Below are positions 8,532 through 16,916 of a DNA stretch of 32,083 nucleotides, piece by piece (within the stretch, counting starts at the first letter, position 1; every line of letters starts with the position of its first letter). The stretch covers positions 1 to 32,083 of the forward strand of contig CAUJEF010000031.1 of the NCBI GenBank assembly GCA_963169515.1, in the 5' to 3' direction. Both the position numbers and the translations under genes were made by a program. The notes beneath the pieces are model-generated. The model did not search any database. It saw only the letters and a program-made list of their open reading frames with translations, and was not told where the DNA came from. The DNA comes from Bdellovibrionota bacterium. Lineage in GTDB: Bacteria; Bdellovibrionota; Bdellovibrionia; Bdellovibrionales; JAEYZS01.

Positions 8532-9460
8532 AAAATCTTCTTTTTTTGGGAGTTTTATTTTGTGCTGCTGATCTTTATGCATTTCCCGAAGTGGGAGATG
8601 TAGTCAGAGTCTCCGATGGGCTAAATTACAAGATTGTTTCAGAGTTGGGATCTGGTGCTTACGGGCGCGTTTTTAAAGCCCAAATGAATACACGCCAAGA
8701 CAGCGAAATTGCAATTAAAATTTTTTTTTCAAACAAAGACATTGAATCTATTTTTTCTAATTATGAATTCGTTAGGGACAAGGCGCATGATGCCCCCTAT
8801 TTTGTGAAAATTTATTCCACTTATCGGGCGGTGAACGTAAATGGCCAAACATTTCCAATAATTGCCATGGAAAAGTTGGATAAGGATCTTTGGCAGCTAT
8901 CTAAAGACTTAAATTTAGAACAGCGGATCGAAATTGCTCCAAAAATTATTGAGGACATTTTGCGTGCGATTGCATTTTTAGCAAAACACAAACGGGCGCA
9001 CTCGGATATACGCATGGAAAACATTATGTGTCGTGGATCGGGACAGTTCCTGTTGAATGACTTTGATCTTTCCGGTCCTTCAGAACCTACGATTTTAGAT
9101 TATTTTTTGGACCCAGAACTTGTGGATGAGCGGCCGGGAATCGAACGAGATGTATATAACCTGGGTCAGGCGATGTTGGGTTTTCTTTTTGGCGAGGCTT
9201 ATTTGGATCGCGATCTTGAACACGCAGTTCAGGCATTTGAACGTACTCGCTCAAAATTGGAATCACGCTATCTTTTGAGGTTTGACTTGTTAAGGGCTTA
9301 CATAACAGGGTTTCTTCACGCAGTTCCGCAGGTAAGAATCAGTTCCGCGTTGGAAGAATTTGATCCGCGAAATGCAAACAAGGGGATAGGCAGACTTATC
9401 GATTATACTTACCTTTTTAGAATGACAAATTTAACCTGTCCGGACCTTTTCCCGCTCTAA
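8519..9460 (+). CDS. Hanks-type Ser/Thr protein kinase-like protein with N-terminal signal peptide
   Basis: LGSGAYGRV Gly loop, IAIK, HSDIRMEN catalytic loop, DFD, DPE, DVYNLG. Confidence 0.85.
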   Translation: MGILKNLLFLGVLFCAADLYAFPEVGDVVRVSDGLNYKIVSELGSGAYGRVFKAQMNTRQDSEIAIKIFFSNKDIESIFSNYEFVRDKAHDAPYFVKIYSTYRAVNVNGQTFPIIAMEKLDKDLWQLSKDLNLEQRIEIAPKIIEDILRAIAFLAKHKRAHSDIRMENIMCRGSGQFLLNDFDLSGPSEPTILDYFLDPELVDERPGIERDVYNLGQAMLGFLFGEAYLDRDLEHAVQAFERTRSKLESRYLLRFDLLRAYITGFLHAVPQVRISSALEEFDPRNANKGIGRLIDYTYLFRMTNLTCPDLFPL

Positions 9461-9532
9461 TGAGTGCCACAGCTTGACAGGATACGTAAAAATCGTTTCT
9501 ATTGGTAGGTGAAGCGCTATGCGGGAGGTTGC

Positions 9533-10039
9533 ATGAGGGATTTAGATTGGATTAAGGATCTAGTCGAAGCCGAGCAGAAGATGGAAGAAAGCGGTATGGT
9601 GGATTTCTCCACAGGCTATAGCCCCGATGAGTCGCTTAAAAATGAAACCATTAAATTTCTAACTCAAATAAAAGAATTATTTATTGATTTTTCAACTGTG
9701 TTCAATAAATACCGCGGCCTTGCTGTTGGTGGTGTTAAAATTTACGGCATTTCCAAAACCCAAGCGGACTTTATGTTGTTTCGCAATGGGTTTAAATTAT
9801 TTTTTATTATGGAAAAACCTGGGGCTATAACTATTCGCACCCAGTTTCATGGTGCGGACTATACTCCCGGCGCAACAATGACAGCGCCACAAATTGATAG
9901 CCTGGGACCAGACGACCATATCGAAGCCCGCTGGGGTGCATTTGGTGCCATTATATGGACCCATCAAGAGCTCGAAGTTCGTCCTGAAAATTTAGTGAAG
10001 TTTCATTTTACTAAATTTGTTCGAGAAAGTTCTAAGTAA
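9533..10039 (+). CDS. Hypothetical protein
   Basis: Long ORF; GGAGG SD just before ATG 9533 (preferred over GTG 9509); TTGACA at 9474. Confidence 0.75.
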   Translation: MRDLDWIKDLVEAEQKMEESGMVDFSTGYSPDESLKNETIKFLTQIKELFIDFSTVFNKYRGLAVGGVKIYGISKTQADFMLFRNGFKLFFIMEKPGAITIRTQFHGADYTPGATMTAPQIDSLGPDDHIEARWGAFGAIIWTHQELEVRPENLVKFHFTKFVRESSK

Positions 10040-10043
10040 ATAA

Positions 10044-10490
10044 TTATCTTACAACGACGATTTCGTAGCTTTTATTTGCCTGTGTGAGGGAGATATGATT
10101 TTCCCCCTTTTCTAAATGAATAAAATCCGTCGTAAATTGATTGTGATCCATTTTGAAGACAGAGATCGAGTCGCCTGTATCATTGTTCTTTACGATAGTT
10201 TCTTTAAGATCATTCAAGGCCAGACCATTGCAAAGGACTCCTTTAAGACGAATTTGCAGAGCCCCTGATTTGAACACATTTTGGCCGCAATTCATTTCAA
10301 TCACATCTGTAAATTTTTGATTTTCTGCAATAGAAATACTCGCAGGTGCTCGGGCGAATTCTTTTATTTTTTCAACTGGATCATGATTTACAAGGGACGA
10401 AACAGAGGTCGTTCCAATCAGAACCGCAATCACGAGAACTGACATAAAATAAACTTTGTGGAAGGCTTTTCTAAGATTCATGCTCAACAT
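10044..10490 (-). CDS. Hypothetical membrane-anchored/exported protein with RAPAS motif
   Basis: N-terminal hydrophobic segment, ARAPASI, two Cys, Ig-like C-terminus (LEKGENHISL). Confidence 0.7.
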   Translation of the reverse strand: MLSMNLRKAFHKVYFMSVLVIAVLIGTTSVSSLVNHDPVEKIKEFARAPASISIAENQKFTDVIEMNCGQNVFKSGALQIRLKGVLCNGLALNDLKETIVKNNDTGDSISVFKMDHNQFTTDFIHLEKGENHISLTQANKSYEIVVVR

Positions 10491-10523
10491 CCCTTTACGT
10501 ACTATAGTCTAGCTACCTATGTC

Positions 10524-10551
10524 TTTTCGGTGTTGGGCGTTCAGGACTTTA
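10524..10551 (-). promoter_or_regulatory. Putative sigma28 (FliA)-like promoter
   Basis: Minus strand TAAA-N16-ACCGAAAA upstream of ORF 10044-10490. Confidence 0.4.
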
Positions 10552-10579
10552 GTATTATAGGGTGTCTCGGATTGAGATT

Positions 10580-13417
10580 TTACAAACCCAGTGTGGAATA
10601 AATGACAGAGCTGCCGTTTGCGCCTGGGTGCGTCCCTTGCGCAAATCCTAGCTTGAATTGCATTGGAGCGTGGTAAAAACCCGTAATGTCGAAAACAATT
10701 TCTGTCCCATAACTGGAAAATACATTGCGCCCACGGTTCCGAATAGCGTCGTTGTGTTCATTGAAATAAAAGCCATTGAAATGCAGGAAATCCCCAAACA
10801 AGCTCATGCTGATTTTTTGTAAAAACAGGGGTGCAGTTCCGAAGCCTTTGTATGGATAGGCGAGTGGGAATCGATATTCCGCTGTAGCTTCGTATGTCTG
10901 CCAGCCAACAAACTCGCCACTTGGAAATCCGCGCATAACGAATGGGGAATCCCCCACCTGAATGACTGGTGTGGCTGTGACGGTCGATGATCCAAGCAAA
11001 ACGCTTCGATTCACTTTTGTGTAGTAAGCTTGTCCACGAAGCATAAATACGTTATTAGGTGGAAGCCATTTTGTGTGATAGTAAGTTCCATCAAAAATCC
11101 CTTTGCCATGTTCAGTGCGGGTGGCGTTTTGAAGAAATTGTGTGTAATTCAAAAAAAACTTTTTTCCAACCGGAGAGATTTGATATCCTTTTTTCGAAGT
11201 GTCATCGTAGCTGATTCCCACGGTTGGGCCGTAATAATCAAAATCTCTGTGCAGAGTTGGGTTATTGCTGCTCTTTAAAATCGGATCGTCGATTAATTCG
11301 TAAGATATACCCAGTAATGCGCGCCACTTGTTATTGAGACCCCAAATATAATTACTATATGTGATAGATCCACCACGGTTCCCAGCAGTGCTACCGTATG
11401 CCGGAGAGTAAACATTGAGATCGTATGCAAGAAATGTCAGCGTTCCATATCCTGTGTTTTGCAAATACAACGCAGAAAAACTAGGTTCTTGGGATCGACT
11501 GTCGTATTCTGCGCTTAGAGAAAGCGCTTGTAATCCAAGCGGATCCATTGCCTCAACATTTGCGCCCACAATAAACCCGTCAGTTAAAATCAAAAACCCG
11601 GGCAGCCAATATTGCGGCATCAAATAACTTGTTGAGGAGTAAGGATAAGTTTTTGATTTAACCTTAACCGCTTTTGAATTAATTTCTGCTGGGAAATCTT
11701 TGGCAAGATCGCTTTCCACCTTTGGTGTTCCAACGACGACAGAAGGAACCTTCACGCGCTCTAACCCGAATCCTCGAGAAGATAGGTGGCTAATGTAAAG
11801 ATTATTTGTTCTTGAGTCTAATTCGCCATTTAAAACTTTTGTTTTTGTATTCGTGAGAGCCTTTACATTGGAAAATGTTCTGTCCGTAAGGAATAGATTA
11901 TCGACACCGGACTTATTATTTGTAAAAATAATTCCCTGCTTTGTTACGACAGGAAAGCGTGATCCTGAATATTGAGGCAGCACAGTATTAACAGCTTGGT
12001 TTTCGATATCCAAAACTTTCAAATATTCGTTTCCATCCAGGGCGCGTTCGGAAAAAACTATTTTATTGTCATTCAAAAAGGATGGTTGGCTGACTCGGAC
12101 TTGGAATTCAGGCTTATACAGAACCTTTAGGTTGGCTCCTTTTGCAGATACTGTGGAAATAGTTGTGGAGCCTGGGCCAGATTGAATAAACACGATGGTA
12201 TTTCCGTCAGGTGATACAGAGGGCTCTTGGGCCCGCAAACCCTTAGTAATTCTGTCTTTCTTTTTATTTTTTAAATTGTAAACGTATAAATCGTAAAATG
12301 TATGGTAACGGTCAAAATCATCAGTTTGATCAAATACAATTTTTTCTGAATCAGGGAACCAACCAACGCGAGTCGTGTCTGTCGTAATTAACAGTTGTTT
12401 TGGCCTTCCGCCAAAGTAATTTTCTTTTCTTTCGATCAATTGAAGTGTTGTGTCCCCAGTGTCAATGGCAGTTACGAACGCCAGTTTGGATTGATCTGGA
12501 CTGAGCGTTGGGCTGAAGCTCATAACCCCAGACTTTACAGGAATTTCTGTCCCACGAGTTACGACTCCCCCTTTTTCAATTTCATCAAGCTGTTGTTTTG
12601 CCATACTCGCGTAGCGTCCATAGGCATCTGTTAAGATACTTTGAAAATTTGCTTTGAAGTCGTCTTTGGCCGGACCTTCGATGAACCAGGGCATTCGATG
12701 TGAATAGCGTTGGTTCCAGCGTCCTATGATATCAATATCCTTTTCTTGAACAATATGGTGCCACAAAAGTGCGCCATAGTAGTAAGGTCGCTGTCCGCGA
12801 GGCCAGGTGGGAATAGATACCTCGTTGATGCGCGAAATATCCTCGCTCCCCCATGTTCCATCGACGACTTCCGATCGAATCATTGCGGCATAGTCAGCAG
12901 ATCGCAGGCGTCCATGGGTTGTCAGTCGGCTTTCAATTTCAACGGCCAGTCCCTCCAAATACCAACGAGGCAAAAACATATTTGGTTTTATTATGGAACC
13001 AAATATCCAACGCATGGGGGTCCAAAACCCTCCGGCGGGCTGCATATTCAAGATGTGGGTGTACTCATGAACAATCAATTCTTGTGACCAGACACTGTAG
13101 TTATCAATCGTCGATAGCCCGGACGGGAGCACAGGGAATCCGTAAATTAGTGGTCGTGGGACGCTTGTTGCGGCACCGTTTGCTAAGTCCGTTGTGCTAT
13201 CTATGACGATCACCGTTTTCGCCGGAGCTTCCCCAAATATTTTTTCTAACACGTTGTAGGAATATTCAGCTTGAGTTGCATATTCTATCGCCACAAATTT
13301 TTGTCTTGCGTCATATATGACTTCAAAGTGATCCGTTTCAATGACTTGATAATCGATCCTAGGGTCGATTGCCCATAGATGCACAGAGAACAGAGATAAT
13401 AAAAATGTTAAAAACAT
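10580..13417 (-). CDS. Omp85-family protein with N-terminal zinc metallopeptidase-like and TolB/WD40-like propeller domains
   Basis: Signal peptide; HEYTH...WYLEGLA gluzincin motif; PD40-like repeats (PTLSPDQSKLAF, PSVSPDGNTIVF); MRGF...AEYRFPL Omp85 barrel motif. Confidence 0.8.
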   Translation of the reverse strand: MFLTFLLSLFSVHLWAIDPRIDYQVIETDHFEVIYDARQKFVAIEYATQAEYSYNVLEKIFGEAPAKTVIVIDSTTDLANGAATSVPRPLIYGFPVLPSGLSTIDNYSVWSQELIVHEYTHILNMQPAGGFWTPMRWIFGSIIKPNMFLPRWYLEGLAVEIESRLTTHGRLRSADYAAMIRSEVVDGTWGSEDISRINEVSIPTWPRGQRPYYYGALLWHHIVQEKDIDIIGRWNQRYSHRMPWFIEGPAKDDFKANFQSILTDAYGRYASMAKQQLDEIEKGGVVTRGTEIPVKSGVMSFSPTLSPDQSKLAFVTAIDTGDTTLQLIERKENYFGGRPKQLLITTDTTRVGWFPDSEKIVFDQTDDFDRYHTFYDLYVYNLKNKKKDRITKGLRAQEPSVSPDGNTIVFIQSGPGSTTISTVSAKGANLKVLYKPEFQVRVSQPSFLNDNKIVFSERALDGNEYLKVLDIENQAVNTVLPQYSGSRFPVVTKQGIIFTNNKSGVDNLFLTDRTFSNVKALTNTKTKVLNGELDSRTNNLYISHLSSRGFGLERVKVPSVVVGTPKVESDLAKDFPAEINSKAVKVKSKTYPYSSTSYLMPQYWLPGFLILTDGFIVGANVEAMDPLGLQALSLSAEYDSRSQEPSFSALYLQNTGYGTLTFLAYDLNVYSPAYGSTAGNRGGSITYSNYIWGLNNKWRALLGISYELIDDPILKSSNNPTLHRDFDYYGPTVGISYDDTSKKGYQISPVGKKFFLNYTQFLQNATRTEHGKGIFDGTYYHTKWLPPNNVFMLRGQAYYTKVNRSVLLGSSTVTATPVIQVGDSPFVMRGFPSGEFVGWQTYEATAEYRFPLAYPYKGFGTAPLFLQKISMSLFGDFLHFNGFYFNEHNDAIRNRGRNVFSSYGTEIVFDITGFYHAPMQFKLGFAQGTHPGANGSSVIYSTLGL

Positions 13418-13495
13418 TGACGTCTCCGGCGCAGATTCTGCTAAGTCTAGACAAACAAGCCCACCATGTTTTTGAATTCAAAACAATCAAAAGTT

Positions 13496-13525
13496 TTGAC
13501 TCTGAATAACCTAAGGCTCTAAGAT
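13496..13525 (+). promoter_or_regulatory. Putative sigma70 promoter of the pal operon
   Basis: TTGACT-N18-TAAGAT, then GGAGG SD before ATG 13561. Confidence 0.45.
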
Positions 13526-13560
13526 AATTTAATATTTTAAAACAGTGGAGGCCACAGCTT

Positions 13561-14079
13561 ATGTATAAAAACCTAACAAAACTAATCGTTATTTCAACAA
13601 TGGCTGTTTTGGTTGCGTCGTGTTCGAAAAAGACAAAACCTGATGAAACCGTTGGCGCCGAGGCCGGTGTAGGCGCGGGTGCTCCAGTGATTGAATCAAA
13701 AGCGATGGCTTTTAATCCGCAAGGGAGTGATACGGGTACAATTTCTGGCCTGTATACAATTCATTTTGAATACGATGATTCTTCAATCACTCCGGAAGGC
13801 AAAAAACAGCTCGAGCAAAATGTGGACTGGATTAAGAAAAACCCAAATCTCGATATGCAGGTTGAGGGTCATTGTGACGAACGAGGATCTGTCGAGTACA
13901 ATTTGGCGCTAGGCGAGCGTCGTGCGCGATCTGTAAAAGCGTACCTTGTAAGCATGGGAATTCCGGCAAGCCGTGTTCGCACAGTGAGCTATGGTAAAGA
14001 GAAAAAAATAGATAATGGCGATTCCGATGAAGCTCATGCAAAAAATCGCCGAGCAAACTTTGTCCCGCTCCCTAAGTAA
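13561..14079 (+). CDS. pal: Peptidoglycan-associated lipoprotein Pal
   Basis: Lipobox VASC; EGHCDERGSVEYNLALGERRA, SYGKEK, KNRRA. Confidence 0.95.
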   Translation: MYKNLTKLIVISTMAVLVASCSKKTKPDETVGAEAGVGAGAPVIESKAMAFNPQGSDTGTISGLYTIHFEYDDSSITPEGKKQLEQNVDWIKKNPNLDMQVEGHCDERGSVEYNLALGERRARSVKAYLVSMGIPASRVRTVSYGKEKKIDNGDSDEAHAKNRRANFVPLPK

Positions 14080-14088
14080 TTCGTAAAT

Positions 14089-14379
14089 ATGAAGTGGATT
14101 GGATCAGTTGTTTTAGCCAGTGCATTGCTGGTGGGATGTGCGATCAATCCACCTCTTGAAGAATACACTATCGCGCGTACGGCAATCGATGCGGCAAAAC
14201 AGTACGAGTCGGATCGGTATTCGCCAAGCCTTTGGTATCAAGCTGAAGAAAACTATCGGCGTGGTCAGCTTGCGTTTCGGCAAGAAGATTTTAAAGTAGC
14301 AAAAAGTTTTTTTCTGAAAGCAAAGCAGTTTGCAGAGCGTGCTGAAAATAAAGCTCGGAAGGAAAAGAGTACAAAATGA
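14089..14379 (+). CDS. DUF4398-like helical lipoprotein
   Basis: Lipobox LVGC; ARTAIDAAK...YSPSLWYQAEE pattern. Confidence 0.65.
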   Translation: MKWIGSVVLASALLVGCAINPPLEEYTIARTAIDAAKQYESDRYSPSLWYQAEENYRRGQLAFRQEDFKVAKSFFLKAKQFAERAENKARKEKSTK

Positions 14380-15008
14380 AAAAATTAATGCTGGTAATCG
14401 TGTTTATTGGACTTACGGGGTGTTTGCGGACTCGTGATGAAATTTCAGCCCAAGATGAACAAAAAGTAATTCAAAATCAAATTTCGGAAATTCGTCAATC
14501 TAAAGCGGATCAGGAATTGAAGTCACAATCCGTAGAAAATGAAATGCGAAATCTAATTGGTCGTACCGAAGTTCTGGAACGTAAATTTAACGATCTTATT
14601 CAAAACGAAAGTTTTCAAAGACAGGATTCGGCAAAGCAAATGAAAGATCTAGTTGATCAAATGAAAATATTTGAAGAGTCTGTTGCCAACATGGCTGTTC
14701 GGTTGGAGCGTTTAGAAAAGACACCCAAGGCTGAAAATACAGAGGCTAAAAAAAGAAGTACTTGGGACAAAGCTGATGATCTGTTTGTGAAAAAGGATTG
14801 GAAAAATGCGGCCCTTGGATTTCAAGATTATATCGAACAAAATCCAAAGGGGACCAATGTTTCTATGGCCATGTATAAGATTGGCGTCTGTTTTCAAGAG
14901 TTAAAAATGAAGAGTGAGGCCAAGGGGTTCTTTGAAGATACGATTAAACAACACCCCAACTCGTCTGCAGCCCGAAAAGCCAAATATAGGTTGAACCAAA
15001 TTAAATAA
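14376..15008 (+). CDS. cpoB: Tol-Pal-associated TPR protein CpoB/YbgF-like (lipoprotein)
   Basis: Lipobox LTGC, coiled coil, C-terminal TPRs (AMYKIGVCFQEL...HPNSSAARKA); follows pal. Confidence 0.75.
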   Translation: MKKLMLVIVFIGLTGCLRTRDEISAQDEQKVIQNQISEIRQSKADQELKSQSVENEMRNLIGRTEVLERKFNDLIQNESFQRQDSAKQMKDLVDQMKIFEESVANMAVRLERLEKTPKAENTEAKKRSTWDKADDLFVKKDWKNAALGFQDYIEQNPKGTNVSMAMYKIGVCFQELKMKSEAKGFFEDTIKQHPNSSAARKAKYRLNQIK

Positions 15009-15010
15009 AA

Positions 15011-15100
15011 AGGTACGCCGTTCCCTTTCAGGAGACAATGCATTATAATCAGGGTTTTGGAGAGATGTTGCAGTGTCTCCTGAAAGGGAACGGCGTACCT
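15011..15100. repeat. 90-bp element with perfect 27-bp inverted repeats (REP/MITE-like hairpin)
   Basis: aggtacgccgttccctttcaggagaca (15011-15037) is the exact reverse complement of 15074-15100; extends to 31/32 bp. Confidence 0.95.
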
Positions 15101-16123
15101 ATGATTTTAGGGATAGAGACAAGTTGTGATGATACTTCTGCGGCTATTGTTCGCACGGATGGCTATGTTATTGGCAATCTCCTTATTAATCAGGACGAAG
15201 TTCATCGACCTTTTGGCGGAATCGTCCCTGAAATTGCTAGTCGAAATCATACCTTTTATTTGTTGAATCTTATCGAGCGCCTATTGGAGGAATCCCGCCT
15301 GGGGTGGAAGGACATTGGGGGCATTGCAGTGACCAATCGACCGGGATTGTTGGGATCTCTTTTGGTTGGAGTGATAACTGCTAAAACTTTGTCGTTAGCA
15401 AAAAATAAACCATTTGTTGGAGTTCACCACCTAGAAGGTCATATCATGGCTCCGTTTTTGAGCGATGAAAAACATAAAGCGCCCCTCTTTTTCAAAGATC
15501 CGTTTTTGGCGTTGGTCGTAAGTGGTGGTCACACAGCACTGTATCGCGTGAACAAATTTGGAAATTATAATGTTTTGGGTGAAACAATTGACGATGCCGC
15601 GGGTGAAGCTTTTGATAAATTTGCAAAGATGCTGAACCTAGGCTATCCGGGTGGAGCAGTGATTGACCGGAAGGCACAATCGGGCAATATTTCGCGCTAT
15701 AATTTCCCACGGGGTTTGGGCAAAGAAGACAATTTGAACTTTAGCTTTTCAGGATTAAAGACATCTGCATTATTGCAACTAGAAAAAATGTCTGACGACG
15801 AAAAGTCAAAAAATATTTCTGATCTCTGCGCAAGTTATCAAGAAGCCATAGTTGATTCGCTTATGATCAAGGTTCGAAAGGCATTGAAACTCTATTCATT
15901 GAACAAAGTAATTGTAACGGGTGGGGTTAGCGCAAATTCTCGGTTACGTTTTTGCATAGAAAAATTGGCAGAAGAGTCCATCGAAGTTGTTATCCCACCA
16001 CTCAAGTTTTGTACAGATAATGCAGCGATGATTGCTTACGCTGGATTAAAACGGATGGAAGCAAACGAATTCTCTGATCTTAGCCTAACCGTTTCGGCAC
16101 GAAGCGAGCTCGGTCATGTATGA
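15101..16123 (+). CDS. tsaD: tRNA N6-adenosine threonylcarbamoyltransferase TsaD
   Basis: MILGIETSCDDT start at 15101; HHLEGH; SGGHT; DDAAGEAFDK; CTDNAAMIA. Confidence 0.98.
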   Translation: MILGIETSCDDTSAAIVRTDGYVIGNLLINQDEVHRPFGGIVPEIASRNHTFYLLNLIERLLEESRLGWKDIGGIAVTNRPGLLGSLLVGVITAKTLSLAKNKPFVGVHHLEGHIMAPFLSDEKHKAPLFFKDPFLALVVSGGHTALYRVNKFGNYNVLGETIDDAAGEAFDKFAKMLNLGYPGGAVIDRKAQSGNISRYNFPRGLGKEDNLNFSFSGLKTSALLQLEKMSDDEKSKNISDLCASYQEAIVDSLMIKVRKALKLYSLNKVIVTGGVSANSRLRFCIEKLAEESIEVVIPPLKFCTDNAAMIAYAGLKRMEANEFSDLSLTVSARSELGHV

Positions 16124-16916
16124 CATTCAAGGTCTAAAAGATAGACTGCAGGAGCTGGGTTCAAGACCAAACAAAAAGCTGGGCCAGAATTTCCTAATTA
16201 ATTTGGAAATTTCTGAGCGGATCGTAAACGAAGTGTTGAAACATCAGCATGCCCAAATTGTTGAGGTGGGGCCAGGTGTGGGCGCATTAACTGAATTTAT
16301 TTTGAGATCTGAGCACAAGCCAACAGTCATCGAATTGGATCAAACATTTGCTGATTTTTGGGAAAAGCGCGGACTGCGTGTGGTGCGGGCCGATGCTTTA
16401 AGGCTCAGCTGGGCAGATTTAAATTTGCGTGATGCAATTTTAGTGAGTAATTTGCCCTATCAGATCTCATCGAGTTTGCTCATCGATCGAAGCGTCGAGC
16501 CCCATGGAATTGAACGAATGGTCTTAATGTTCCAAAAGGAAGTAGGCCAAAGAATTACAGCCGATTATGACACAAGTGAATACGGTTTATTGAGTGTAAT
16601 TGCCCAAGTGTTTTGGGATTGTGACAAATTATTTGATGTCGGACCAAAAGATTTTTATCCTCCACCGAAAGTTGCAAGCCGCGTGATTAAATTTAAAAGG
16701 TGTGCCGTTGATTTACAAAGGCCTGAAAAGTTTTTGGTTTTCGTAAAAGCAGCCTTTGCGCAACGGAGAAAATTTTTAATTAAAAACTTATCGGCTGTTT
16801 TGAGTATTGAAAATCTTAAAATAGCATTTGATGAAATGGGCATTGATCATAAAGTTCGTGCGGAAAATTTGAGCCCACGTCAGTTTGTGACCTTATATAA
16901 AAAGGTGTTTTCATGA
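16116..16916 (+). CDS. rsmA: 16S rRNA dimethyladenosine transferase RsmA/KsgA
   Basis: KKLGQNFL, VEVGPGVGALT, SNLPYQIS, FYPPPKVAS, FAQRRK. Confidence 0.97.
   Translation: MYDIQGLKDRLQELGSRPNKKLGQNFLINLEISERIVNEVLKHQHAQIVEVGPGVGALTEFILRSEHKPTVIELDQTFADFWEKRGLRVVRADALRLSWADLNLRDAILVSNLPYQISSSLLIDRSVEPHGIERMVLMFQKEVGQRITADYDTSEYGLLSVIAQVFWDCDKLFDVGPKDFYPPPKVASRVIKFKRCAVDLQRPEKFLVFVKAAFAQRRKFLIKNLSAVLSIENLKIAFDEMGIDHKVRAENLSPRQFVTLYKKVFS

Noticed and set aside
15038..15073. Recombinase-invertible promoter between the inverted repeats
   Set aside because: The spacer is only 36 bp, probably too short for typical invertase synapsis, and no recombinase gene is in the window; read data could still test it
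15038..15100. 21-aa N-terminal extension of TsaD in the ORF track
   Set aside because: It is translated from the inverted-repeat element; the canonical TsaD N-terminus starts at 15101
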